Part shown: in pieces, positions 47,553-55,687 of the stretch
Numbering within the stretch: the stretch's first letter is position 1
How the letters are laid out: each line of letters opens with the position of its first letter
Virus record (IMG/VR): IMGVR_UViG_3300046517_002304
Span: 447,234 to 511,233 of that record
DNA length: 64,000 bases
Strand: one strand, 5' to 3'
Made by a program: the position numbers and the translations under genes
Notes under the pieces: model-generated
What the model saw: the letters and a program-made list of their open reading frames with translations, nothing else
Databases searched by the model: none
Told to the model about the DNA's origin: nothing

Positions 47553-47747
47553 CTAGTTTTTAAAATCACTACGACTAAAAATTATAATAGGAAACGCTAT
47601 AAAAAAATACAAAGATGCTGCGGCACAAACCCATATTGCCCTACCGTCTAATACATTCAACCAGCACATAGCTTGCAAAAGCCAAGCCCCAATGTAGTCA
47701 AAAGAAAACCAAGTTTTCTTAAAGTACTTAAAGTACTGGCGAAACAT
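47553..47747 (-). CDS. Small membrane protein
   Basis: Two hydrophobic segments. Confidence 0.5.
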   Translation of the reverse strand: MFRQYFKYFKKTWFSFDYIGAWLLQAMCWLNVLDGRAIWVCAAASLYFFIAFPIIIFSRSDFKN

Positions 47748-47749
47748 GA

Positions 47750-48001
47750 TTATCGTCCGAATCGGAACCCGAAGCCAAAATATGGCTGGTAGTATGGCTG
47801 ATTATAGTAATAAGGGTTATTATAATAATACGGCTGGTTGTAATAGGGGCGATTGTAGTATGGGTTCCCATAATACTGGCGACCATATGGGCGATTATAA
47901 TTGTTATTCGGCCCACCTACACCAACTCCAAGTCCCCATCCCGCATCACTTACGGCGGGAGCACACAAAAATAAAGCAACAGCAATCAATAGTTTTTTCA
48001 T
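47750..48001 (-). CDS. Secreted Tyr/Asn/Pro-rich low-complexity peptide
   Basis: Signal peptide ending SDA, (N/Q/R)PYY repeats; TATAAATA and GGAG upstream. Confidence 0.7.
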   Translation of the reverse strand: MKKLLIAVALFLCAPAVSDAGWGLGVGVGGPNNNYNRPYGRQYYGNPYYNRPYYNQPYYYNNPYYYNQPYYQPYFGFGFRFGR

Positions 48002-48022
48002 GATTTTTTTCTCCAATTATAT

Positions 48023-48307
48023 TTATATTTCCGAACGAACATCTTCAACAAGCATCACGTACTCTTGTGCTTTTTTCAGTACTTTCAGACAAAGACTTTT
48101 GACAATGCTATCATAATTATTCCGCAAAGTGCCAACCTCAAACCTGTTATAAACTAAATAACCGCCATTATTAGTATCAATAATACCTATATTCCATAGG
48201 CCCATATCGTATATTCCAACGGATAATCCCCGGCGTGAAAACTGGTAGCCATTCAGGCTCTTCCTTGCGAAACCTTTTTCCATCAAATAAGCCATATCAT
48301 CTTCCAT
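48023..48307 (-). CDS. Hypothetical protein
   Basis: ORF in the cluster. Confidence 0.5.
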   Translation of the reverse strand: MEDDMAYLMEKGFARKSLNGYQFSRRGLSVGIYDMGLWNIGIIDTNNGGYLVYNRFEVGTLRNNYDSIVKSLCLKVLKKAQEYVMLVEDVRSEI

Positions 48308-48310
48308 ACT

Positions 48311-48670
48311 TCACCATCCCATAGTTCTTTTAGCGCCATCACGATATTCTTTGGTCAAATGATTTAACTGAAATAAAGTACGATTTGCGTTGAATTGCTT
48401 AAGCACTTTATTATCGTGAGACGCCATCATCTTGTCACTAATCGCATCAACGCCTTCAAGGCCAGAGTCTATATTTCGCATGTCTACCATAATTCTATAC
48501 TCAGAAGAATTACGCCACTCTTGAATTGACTTAAACTTTTTTCCGTCAACAATGAATCCAGAAGTGCTTCTTTTCTCAAAAAGGCCAGGGCGAGGTGGAT
48601 GAGGAATCTTATCCGCAGCCATAACCAAAGTAGAACTCCACACCAACACCGCAAACGTAAAAATACGCAT
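48311..48670 (-). CDS. Secreted hypothetical protein
   Basis: Signal peptide, AGGAG RBS. Confidence 0.6.
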   Translation of the reverse strand: MRIFTFAVLVWSSTLVMAADKIPHPPRPGLFEKRSTSGFIVDGKKFKSIQEWRNSSEYRIMVDMRNIDSGLEGVDAISDKMMASHDNKVLKQFNANRTLFQLNHLTKEYRDGAKRTMGW

Positions 48671-48779
48671 GATCTTTCTCCTGTATTAGAAAAAATAGTT
48701 CCAGTGCTTTTTAACCCATCGGTAAGCAAATGGAAAGCCAATGATGCAAGCCAAAATAACAAACAATTGAAGTATTAAA

Positions 48780-49106
48780 TCAAACATTTTTTAACTCCTC
48801 CCGCCAATCATTCAAGCCACAAATAATTTCATAATATTCCAAAATTGATTTTCTTAAACTATTTTCTAGTTGTTCCTCAAGCTGGCCCAGGGGAACATAG
48901 AAGGCAAATTTTCCGCCAACAGCAATAGTCCAATTACCATAACCAGTATTGGTAATTTTTATTTTACTGTTTTCATATGTTTCAGCAGGTGTTTGGAATG
49001 AAAATAAGCTAACAGAATGGCTATTGACCGAAAACGGAGAGTTAAGATTAGCCTTAACCGCAATTTTTTCAAATCCAATGCTTAATAAATAATCATAGTC
49101 ACTCAT
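48780..49106 (-). CDS. Hypothetical protein
   Basis: ATGA coupling. Confidence 0.55.
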   Translation of the reverse strand: MSDYDYLLSIGFEKIAVKANLNSPFSVNSHSVSLFSFQTPAETYENSKIKITNTGYGNWTIAVGGKFAFYVPLGQLEEQLENSLRKSILEYYEIICGLNDWREELKNV

Positions 49107-49390
49107 TGCTTGTACTCATCTAAATCGCCATTTTTAACAATACACTTATCCTCATACGGAGCCACTAGTCTACGATTAAACTCTAAGCCAGCAGCATTGA
49201 ATACTTCCTGTGCTCGGCTAAGATTAGCGTATCGCCAGCCGGCATCTGGCTTCATTGAAGCCGCAACAATTCTAGTAATCGTATAATTACAATTACCCTC
49301 TAAGCTATCTGGATAAGACTTCAATAAAGTAATTAGCTCATCAATTTTAGGATTTAATACTGATCGAATATCAATAGGAACGTACGGCAT
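49103..49390 (-). CDS. Conserved phage hypothetical protein (MPY...G..NY.IT...EF.RR.VAPYED.....NGD family)
   Basis: Recognisable widespread phage motif. Confidence 0.75.
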   Translation of the reverse strand: MPYVPIDIRSVLNPKIDELITLLKSYPDSLEGNCNYTITRIVAASMKPDAGWRYANLSRAQEVFNAAGLEFNRRLVAPYEDKCIVKNGDLDEYKQ

Positions 49391-49416
49391 AATAACTACC
49401 TTTAATAAAAAACTAA

Positions 49417-49638
49417 TTAATCAACTGTAAAGCTTGCAATAACATCATTATCAAAACGAACTTCTACATCCACATATTCACCACCAGCATGACTTACTTG
49501 CTGAAAAGTAAGTCTTTGTTTTAAAACCTGCTTTACCAATTCGGTAAAGCACTCCATTTGTTTCACAGACTGATTGCTACCCGGCAACCAAGTGCAGTTA
49601 TTGCCAAACAAACCCGCCAACGCTTGTTCTGTTTTCAT
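49417..49638 (-). CDS. Hypothetical protein
   Basis: Downstream of a sigma70 promoter. Confidence 0.55.
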   Translation of the reverse strand: MKTEQALAGLFGNNCTWLPGSNQSVKQMECFTELVKQVLKQRLTFQQVSHAGGEYVDVEVRFDNDVIASFTVD

Positions 49639-49670
49639 GACTTGTTCCTAGATTATGGATACTTTTACCA

Positions 49671-49699
49671 ATTTTACTAGAAAAAACCCAACAATGCAA
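49671..49699 (-). promoter_or_regulatory. Sigma70-type promoter
   Basis: TTGCAT-N17-TAAAAT. Confidence 0.5.
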
Positions 49700-49701
49700 T
49701 A

Positions 49702-51081
49702 TCAATTTTTGGGTTTTGAGAATTTTGTTAAAAACTCATTAACTGTTTGATCAAAAACATTTTTAGTTTTTTTAGTGAAGGCGCATGGCAATGAAACCTG
49801 TTTAATCGCTTCCACAATCTTCTGGTCACTTTTAGCCAAAACATCCTTCAACTTATCAAAGAAGACACTAGAGTTTGCTTTAGTGATTTTCTTCATTCCA
49901 CTAAAATTCTCCTGCCATATCTTTTGAGTAATTTGCTTATTCTCCTCATACTTTTCTTTATACTCGGCATTTATCTGATTAACTTTATCAATAGAATCTT
50001 GCGCTAAAGATTTAGTCCAGTTCCATGCCTGTAATGCAGGAATGGTACAAATAAACTTCATCATCTGATCTTCTAGCTCATACATTTCGTCCGGGCCATC
50101 GCCAGCAAAAAAATCTTCTATCTGCTTAGAGTTCATGCCTTTGAGAAATTCTTCTTCTAACGTTTCGCTGATTAATTCAAAAACATCAAAATCATATGTG
50201 ATATGGCGCACTTCGCGGCCTGGTTCATGAACATCAAAAGACTCGCCAGTATAACAACTATAAAGCCACTCGCCCAAAAACTCAAAACTCAAAAGACGAT
50301 CTGATTTTCCAGTATTAACAAACTCTAGTTCGCCAGAACAATCCCACTCTGGATCTTTATCATAATTAACATTAAAAGTTGGTCCTTCTAATACCCACTC
50401 GGAATACATCTGACAAATAACAAGAGCAATTTTCTTTCTTAGAGAACATCTAACTTTTAGAAAATCAAACTTATCTCTATTTTTTGCGTACCAAGTAGAT
50501 TCATTAAATATAACTTCTTTATACTTAACTTCCTCCGAATGCATCAATTCATGTTCTGAAAATTGTTCCTGCAATATATCAGACGTTCGCTCTGGATAAT
50601 CGTACTCCAACAAAGCCTGGTTTAAAAAACTATCGGCATAAAATTTCTCCCCACAAGTGTCGCAAGTAGAGAATATATTAAATAAATTATGATCATCTAA
50701 TTCTGCCGGAAGCCTATGGCCATGATGAATTTCTTTAGAAAGATACTCTACAAACTCTTCTTTACGCTCTTCTAAAGTTTCAGTTTTATATGGAGACATA
50801 TAACTATCAATAACATTAATCTCGTCTGCCACTTCGTCTAACCATAAGTTAGCATTCCCAGTTAGTTGCTTAATCTGCTTTTCGGTAGATGCGTAAAAGA
50901 AATTACCACATTGAAAACAAATGCACACAGGACCATTCTTAGTTGCGTCATGTTTTAATAAATGATTCTGACAAGACGGACAAGTTAAGAAGTGACTTTT
51001 GTCAGAACTCTTCTGACGACTTATAGTTCCACGCTTAACTAATTTATCAAATAAATGTTTATTCATACAGTTAGTCTCCAC
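49702..51081 (-). CDS. Hypothetical acidic protein with zinc ribbons
   Basis: CPSC..CFQC and CDTC; directly downstream of dnaE-N. Confidence 0.65.
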   Translation of the reverse strand: METNCMNKHLFDKLVKRGTISRQKSSDKSHFLTCPSCQNHLLKHDATKNGPVCICFQCGNFFYASTEKQIKQLTGNANLWLDEVADEINVIDSYMSPYKTETLEERKEEFVEYLSKEIHHGHRLPAELDDHNLFNIFSTCDTCGEKFYADSFLNQALLEYDYPERTSDILQEQFSEHELMHSEEVKYKEVIFNESTWYAKNRDKFDFLKVRCSLRKKIALVICQMYSEWVLEGPTFNVNYDKDPEWDCSGELEFVNTGKSDRLLSFEFLGEWLYSCYTGESFDVHEPGREVRHITYDFDVFELISETLEEEFLKGMNSKQIEDFFAGDGPDEMYELEDQMMKFICTIPALQAWNWTKSLAQDSIDKVNQINAEYKEKYEENKQITQKIWQENFSGMKKITKANSSVFFDKLKDVLAKSDQKIVEAIKQVSLPCAFTKKTKNVFDQTVNEFLTKFSKPKN

Positions 51082-51083
51082 TA

Positions 51084-52418
51084 TTATTTATCGGCTACTG
51101 GCTCCAATAAATTAATATCAAACTTATAGTCAATAGCCCGGCCTCGTGCCTCGCTCAAAAACCTACTAAATAGCAATCCGTGGTGCACACTATCAATATC
51201 TGTAATGCCCATTGTATAGAGCACTAGGCTTGACGCTGCACTACCTCTGCCTGGATTAATAGCATTGGTTTCACTAGTTCCCAAAACATCTCTACAATAC
51301 CTGCGAGCTTCATCAATCACTTGTTGTTGTATAAGAAAATACGATGAAAATCCTTTACGGGTAATCAAATCATACTCTTCCGCAATTCTCTTCTTGTACT
51401 CAGTTGTGTTAGGAAGATTTCGTTTTTTAAAACCAACTTTAATTGCTTCTTTTAACTTTTCGTCAGCATCAGGTATTTCCGGCAGTTTAATAGATCGGTC
51501 AATCCTAACGCCTTCTGCCATCTGACAAATTCTTACAGTATTACGCTTTGCTTCTTGATAAATGTCTAGTGGAATAATATCACTAAAATCGTTCTCCCAC
51601 TTTTCATTTAACTGTTGTTCATTCTTGAAATAAATTTGCTTATCTTGTACCTCAAACATATCGTTACCAGCCGCAACTAACTTATCTAGTTCAGCTCTAG
51701 TTCTCTTACTTTGAACCAACAGTAAATTTGTTTGCGCTTCGTGATCTTGCTGGTCCACATAATGCACATCATTAGTTAATACCATATGAATGTTGTGCTT
51801 TAAATGCATCTTTACCAAAAACTGGTTGAACGCTCGTTGTGGCGCATAATCAATCATCATCATTTCAAGATAATAATTATCACCAAACACAGAACGATAA
51901 TCTAGAATCATTGCTTCGGCTGCATCTTCACCATGATTAACAAATGCCTGTCCTACTTCCCCCATAATACAGCAAGAGCCAACAATTAATCCTTCAGAAA
52001 ACTTCTTAAGAACGTCCCAGTTAACTCTAGGCTTGTAATAAAAGCCATGTATCTCGGCAAAACTAGTAATCTGTACTAGGTTGCTGTATCCTACATTACT
52101 AGCCGCAATTAAAAGAAGATGATAAGATTTCTTAATCTTAACTCGTTCTTCTGGGGGTAGGTCAGCAAAAGTATCTGGGTTATGCGCTCGCTGTATGTAT
52201 ATTTCACAAGCAATTACCGGCTTTGTCCCAAATTTATCACATGCTCTTAGCTGTGATGGAACAGCAGCCATTGATCCATGATCGCTCAAGCAAAGATACT
52301 GATGATTATTTTTCTTTGCTTTCTCAGCGTATTGATGGCAGAAACCAACAGCATCTAGAATACTCGCTTCAGCACTATGAAGATGAAGATGCTCAAATCC
52401 AGTAATTTCCTGTTTCAT
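51084..52418 (-). CDS. dnaE: DNA polymerase III alpha, N-terminal half (PHP domain plus first palm segment)
   Basis: HLHLHS, SDHG, HLLLIA...GY.NL, FYYKPR, YYLE, TNDVHY, GFSSYFL, PGRGSAASSLV.Y..GITDID, LLFSRFL. Confidence 0.95.
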   Translation of the reverse strand: MKQEITGFEHLHLHSAEASILDAVGFCHQYAEKAKKNNHQYLCLSDHGSMAAVPSQLRACDKFGTKPVIACEIYIQRAHNPDTFADLPPEERVKIKKSYHLLLIAASNVGYSNLVQITSFAEIHGFYYKPRVNWDVLKKFSEGLIVGSCCIMGEVGQAFVNHGEDAAEAMILDYRSVFGDNYYLEMMMIDYAPQRAFNQFLVKMHLKHNIHMVLTNDVHYVDQQDHEAQTNLLLVQSKRTRAELDKLVAAGNDMFEVQDKQIYFKNEQQLNEKWENDFSDIIPLDIYQEAKRNTVRICQMAEGVRIDRSIKLPEIPDADEKLKEAIKVGFKKRNLPNTTEYKKRIAEEYDLITRKGFSSYFLIQQQVIDEARRYCRDVLGTSETNAINPGRGSAASSLVLYTMGITDIDSVHHGLLFSRFLSEARGRAIDYKFDINLLEPVADK

Positions 52419-52624
52419 TACTTCTTAATCATTTCTTTCTTGCGAGTTTCCCAAGAAAGAAGCAGCGCCTTAGCTTCGGCCTCTAGCTTAAGCTTATCTT
52501 CTTTATAAGTATCTAAAACCTTCTTTACAGTTTCATTTTTAGTTTTTAAAAGATTATGGATTTCCGAAATCTTAGTACTAAACTGCACGAAATCATCTGT
52601 TAAAAGTGATTCTAATTCATTCAT
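52418..52624 (-). CDS. Small coiled-coil protein
   Basis: GGAGA RBS; stop overlaps the dnaE-N start. Confidence 0.65.
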   Translation of the reverse strand: MNELESLLTDDFVQFSTKISEIHNLLKTKNETVKKVLDTYKEDKLKLEAEAKALLLSWETRKKEMIKK

Positions 52625-52629
52625 GATAT

Positions 52630-52662
52630 TTTCTCCGATTAGGTATTAATATATCGGAGAAA
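52630..52662 (-). promoter_or_regulatory. Hairpin sequestering the RBS of the gene leading dnaE-N
   Basis: TTTCTCCGAT / ATCGGAGAAA 10-bp inverted repeat; the 3' arm on the minus strand contains the GGAGA SD. Confidence 0.55.
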
Positions 52663-52679
52663 TGCAGAAGAAACCTTAA

Positions 52680-53279
52680 TTAAATTATGCTATCGGCCAA
52701 ACCTATATCAACAGTTTCTTTGGCATTAAGAATTGTGTCGGTTTCCAGCATCTTTTGAAGCTCTTTACGGTCAAAATCTGGATGCTTTTCTATAATTCTC
52801 TTGAAGTATATTTCTTCAAGCTCTAAGTCTGTTTTATCCATCTCTTTAGTCCAATTTTTAGCAATCTTAGAATAATCAGAAATTTCAAATATCCCATAAT
52901 GCATCATAAAACGACTATGGGCAGAAATCCTCCGCTCACCAGTGGCACCTTGTAATATCACCCCAGTAGCAGAAAAGGCTGGACCAAAAACATCAATATT
53001 AACTTTTGGCTTACATGTGGCGATAAAATCGTATATGGCACCGCAATAATACCAATCCCCTCCAAGGCCACTTAATACAATTCGTATAGGGCCTGGAGGG
53101 GCGAGGTTATCAAGGAAATGCAGCCCTTTTATAGCGTTAGCTGCAAAATCAGAGTTTATTTCTAGCTCATTTCCGTCAGGATCAGACGGATTACCCATAT
53201 AAAGCGTTCTAGTACTGGTATGAATTCCATGGTCATACCAGAGAAGCGCTTCATTGAATACGAAACTTTTAACAGCCAT
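52680..53279 (-). CDS. ClpP-family protease
   Basis: RTLYM, I.I.L...GG, AFSA (Ser), RFMMH (His), D..LNA.E.V..GLAD.I. Confidence 0.88.
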   Translation of the reverse strand: MAVKSFVFNEALLWYDHGIHTSTRTLYMGNPSDPDGNELEINSDFAANAIKGLHFLDNLAPPGPIRIVLSGLGGDWYYCGAIYDFIATCKPKVNIDVFGPAFSATGVILQGATGERRISAHSRFMMHYGIFEISDYSKIAKNWTKEMDKTDLELEEIYFKRIIEKHPDFDRKELQKMLETDTILNAKETVDIGLADSII

Positions 53280-53331
53280 ATAACGTCCTTATCAGACGCT
53301 ATATTATAGTCATTTGGCTGTTAAAAATTGC

Positions 53332-53499
53332 CTACTTGTCCATAATTAGGTATAAAAGCAGGTATACCAAAATACCCAGTCCTGCGGCATGTGCTAAAAG
53401 CACGAATAAAATGCGTACAACCCAAGGATTCCACCCTAGATCTGCCGCGATCCCGCTACAAACTCCCAACAATAGCTTCCTACTTGTATCAATCTTCAT
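53332..53499 (-). CDS. PspC domain membrane protein (55 aa)
   Basis: Not in ORF track: MKIDTSRKLLLGVCSGIAADLGWNPWVVRILFVLL...GILVYLLLYLIMDK, a classic PspC signature; AAGG RBS. Confidence 0.88.
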   Translation of the reverse strand: MKIDTSRKLLLGVCSGIAADLGWNPWVVRILFVLLAHAAGLGILVYLLLYLIMDK

Positions 53500-53525
53500 A
53501 ATAATTACCTTTCTTGTTTTTAAAC

Positions 53526-54350
53526 TTACTTCTTAACAGAAACCTTTGTCTCTATGTACTTATCCATAAAAGAACCAAATCGCTCTAAAACTTTTCTAGA
53601 AGGAGTATTAGTATTATAGTCAATTTCAGGATGGAATTGCGCTCCAATCCAAGGCGCGGTTTTGCCGCACATTAGTTCAACGATCTGCTCACAGTCCTTA
53701 ACTCCGGTAGCAGCAATGCCAATCACAGACAATGCATCGGTAGCCCATTTTCTACCCTGATCCTTTGCGCCATAATATTTAATCGCCTGGTGGTGGTAAG
53801 AATTCACCCAGATAAGATCTGTATCATATTTGAACGATTCGCGCACAAAGAACTTGCGCTCTTCCGGCACATCTGGATTAAAATAATCTTTATATTTTTC
53901 CAACAATCTCACGGCATGAGACGGTTCATGATTTCTAAGAGTAATGTCTTGCCTATGAGGCGTATGCGCAATTCGGCCATGTGTAATATCAGCGAAAAGT
54001 TCCATTCCATGGTAAACGCCTAAGAGTTGCATACCTCTACAAACTCCAAGCATCGGAATCTTATCTTTAATACAATTCTCAATCAAAAACAATTCTCTAA
54101 TATCTCGGTCAATATCAAACTTTCCAAAGTTATTGTGGTTCGTCACATTATGACCATAAGCAGACGGGTGAATGTCAACACCGCCCGAAAGAATAACACC
54201 ACTACATCGCTTGAGCCAATATTTCAAATTATCTTTGTCGTTGTGATAAAGCAACACAAAGTTAGCATTGAAAAACTTCTCAACCATTTCCAGCATTTCT
54301 GCCGTAAAGCTGGAAGGTCCAGAGACACCGATGAGCTTGCGTATCGTCAT
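53526..54350 (-). CDS. Peptidase C26 / gamma-glutamyl hydrolase (class I glutamine amidotransferase)
   Basis: LSGGVDIHP..YG, RD..E, LGVCRGMQ, VNSYHHQA, QFHPE. Confidence 0.93.
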   Translation of the reverse strand: MTIRKLIGVSGPSSFTAEMLEMVEKFFNANFVLLYHNDKDNLKYWLKRCSGVILSGGVDIHPSAYGHNVTNHNNFGKFDIDRDIRELFLIENCIKDKIPMLGVCRGMQLLGVYHGMELFADITHGRIAHTPHRQDITLRNHEPSHAVRLLEKYKDYFNPDVPEERKFFVRESFKYDTDLIWVNSYHHQAIKYYGAKDQGRKWATDALSVIGIAATGVKDCEQIVELMCGKTAPWIGAQFHPEIDYNTNTPSRKVLERFGSFMDKYIETKVSVKK

Positions 54351-54658
54351 TATTTATTCCCGTAAAGAGAAAAGACCAAATCCATGCTGGGCTGGTCAAG
54401 GTGTTTGTAGTTTCGCAACATGATAGCAGTTAAAGCCTTCTCTGTCCATCCCGATTTCATCGCGGCCAGATATGCTCCAGAACGCTCAATTTCATTAGAT
54501 TCAGACCACTCCATTGACCCCATATCAAGCCAGCCTCTTACCCCTATTTTAAATCCGGCGGCCTGAACTACTCCATCAATGCTATTAATAATGTGTTCAT
54601 CGCCATAATCCTGTCCATAAACAATCGGATCGCCGCAATCTTCGCCACAGTTTTTCAT
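54350..54658 (-). CDS. Hypothetical protein
   Basis: Coupled to the C26 gene. Confidence 0.55.
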   Translation of the reverse strand: MKNCGEDCGDPIVYGQDYGDEHIINSIDGVVQAAGFKIGVRGWLDMGSMEWSESNEIERSGAYLAAMKSGWTEKALTAIMLRNYKHLDQPSMDLVFSLYGNK

Positions 54659-54670
54659 TTGATGCCTTTC

Positions 54671-54689
54671 TTGACTATATTATAGTCAA
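54671..54689. promoter_or_regulatory. Palindrome between divergent genes (bidirectional promoter or operator)
   Basis: TTGACTATA-T-TATAGTCAA, 9-bp perfect arms. Confidence 0.55.
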
Positions 54690-55309
54690 TGATTTCTTCA
54701 ACTGGTGATAATCTTAATATCCTTATCTGCACTGAATACGCTCCACATAACGACTGGATGTCATTTGTAGCTTGGTATTCAATTCATAAAGCTATGCCGT
54801 CCAGCCAAGTTGCCATTTCTTGTTCTCGCGTAAAAGGCAACACTCACTCGCTTTTTAACTGGACCACAAGGTGTGGAGTTAAATGTTTTCAACATAAAAA
54901 CAGTGGATTTGAGAATTGTATCAGCACTGCAATAAAAAATCAAGTCATATCTCTACCAATTTTGGCAATTCCACCTTCTTATTTAGCTGTAAAAGAATTG
55001 TCTCAACTATGCGCGAATCAATTAAACGAAATCAATGCTGGCAGAAATCCAAATGGAGATATTTTGTTTCTTAAAAATGAACAGACCAATGACGCAACAA
55101 TAATCAGTGAACTAGATAACACATTCGTAAACCACGATGCCCTCCAAAAGTTCTCATCCAAAGACTGGACAAAAAACAAAACATCGCCACCATTTAATAT
55201 CTTCTGGAAGTTTTTCCACGAAAATATGACGGTGCAAGAAGCAAAAATTTTACACATTTGGAAAAGAGCGAAGTATATTTACGAAAACCTGAGATTTGTG
55301 GAGTTATGA
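54689..55309 (+). CDS. Hypothetical protein (GT-like N-terminus)
   Basis: 206-aa ORF. Confidence 0.5.
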   Translation: MISSTGDNLNILICTEYAPHNDWMSFVAWYSIHKAMPSSQVAISCSRVKGNTHSLFNWTTRCGVKCFQHKNSGFENCISTAIKNQVISLPILAIPPSYLAVKELSQLCANQLNEINAGRNPNGDILFLKNEQTNDATIISELDNTFVNHDALQKFSSKDWTKNKTSPPFNIFWKFFHENMTVQEAKILHIWKRAKYIYENLRFVEL

Positions 55310-55323
55310 TACTAATATAAGGT

Positions 55324-55659
55324 ATGAGGAGAATCAACATGAGCAATAGAGACGATAGTAATTTCTTTTCTGAAGAAGAATACGACGAAAACTTCGATGA
55401 AGGCGATGAAGATGCCAACGACGAAGACGCAAAGGATTTTATCAATAAAAACGAAGTCCTTTATACGATGGAATTAGACCACTTAGATAATCGTCTGCAC
55501 AAAGAAACTAATGTCGCAGTAATGAAAGAAGCAGTGAAGCTTGCCAAAGACACGCTCTTATGGCGTTTTCGCACTAAAACCAATAAACTCAAAATCATAC
55601 TCGGTTTTTATTACGATATTATTCCACATGTGAATTTTGACAAAAGTGATATTGAATGA
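55324..55659 (+). CDS. Acidic hypothetical protein
   Basis: GAGGAG RBS before the internal ATG 55339. Confidence 0.6.
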   Translation: MRRINMSNRDDSNFFSEEEYDENFDEGDEDANDEDAKDFINKNEVLYTMELDHLDNRLHKETNVAVMKEAVKLAKDTLLWRFRTKTNKLKIILGFYYDIIPHVNFDKSDIE

Positions 55660-55687
55660 TTCGGCCACTTGTGCTATCTTATGAACC

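Noticed and set aside
38006-52418. Split intein explanation for the divided dnaE
   Set aside because: No intein N-terminal block after the N-extein and no His-Asn/Cys junction before PDID; the N-half tail is only ~18 aa
38006-52418. dnaE halves as pseudogene fragments
   Set aside because: Both frames are intact, complementary, retain catalytic motifs and sit in their own expression contexts
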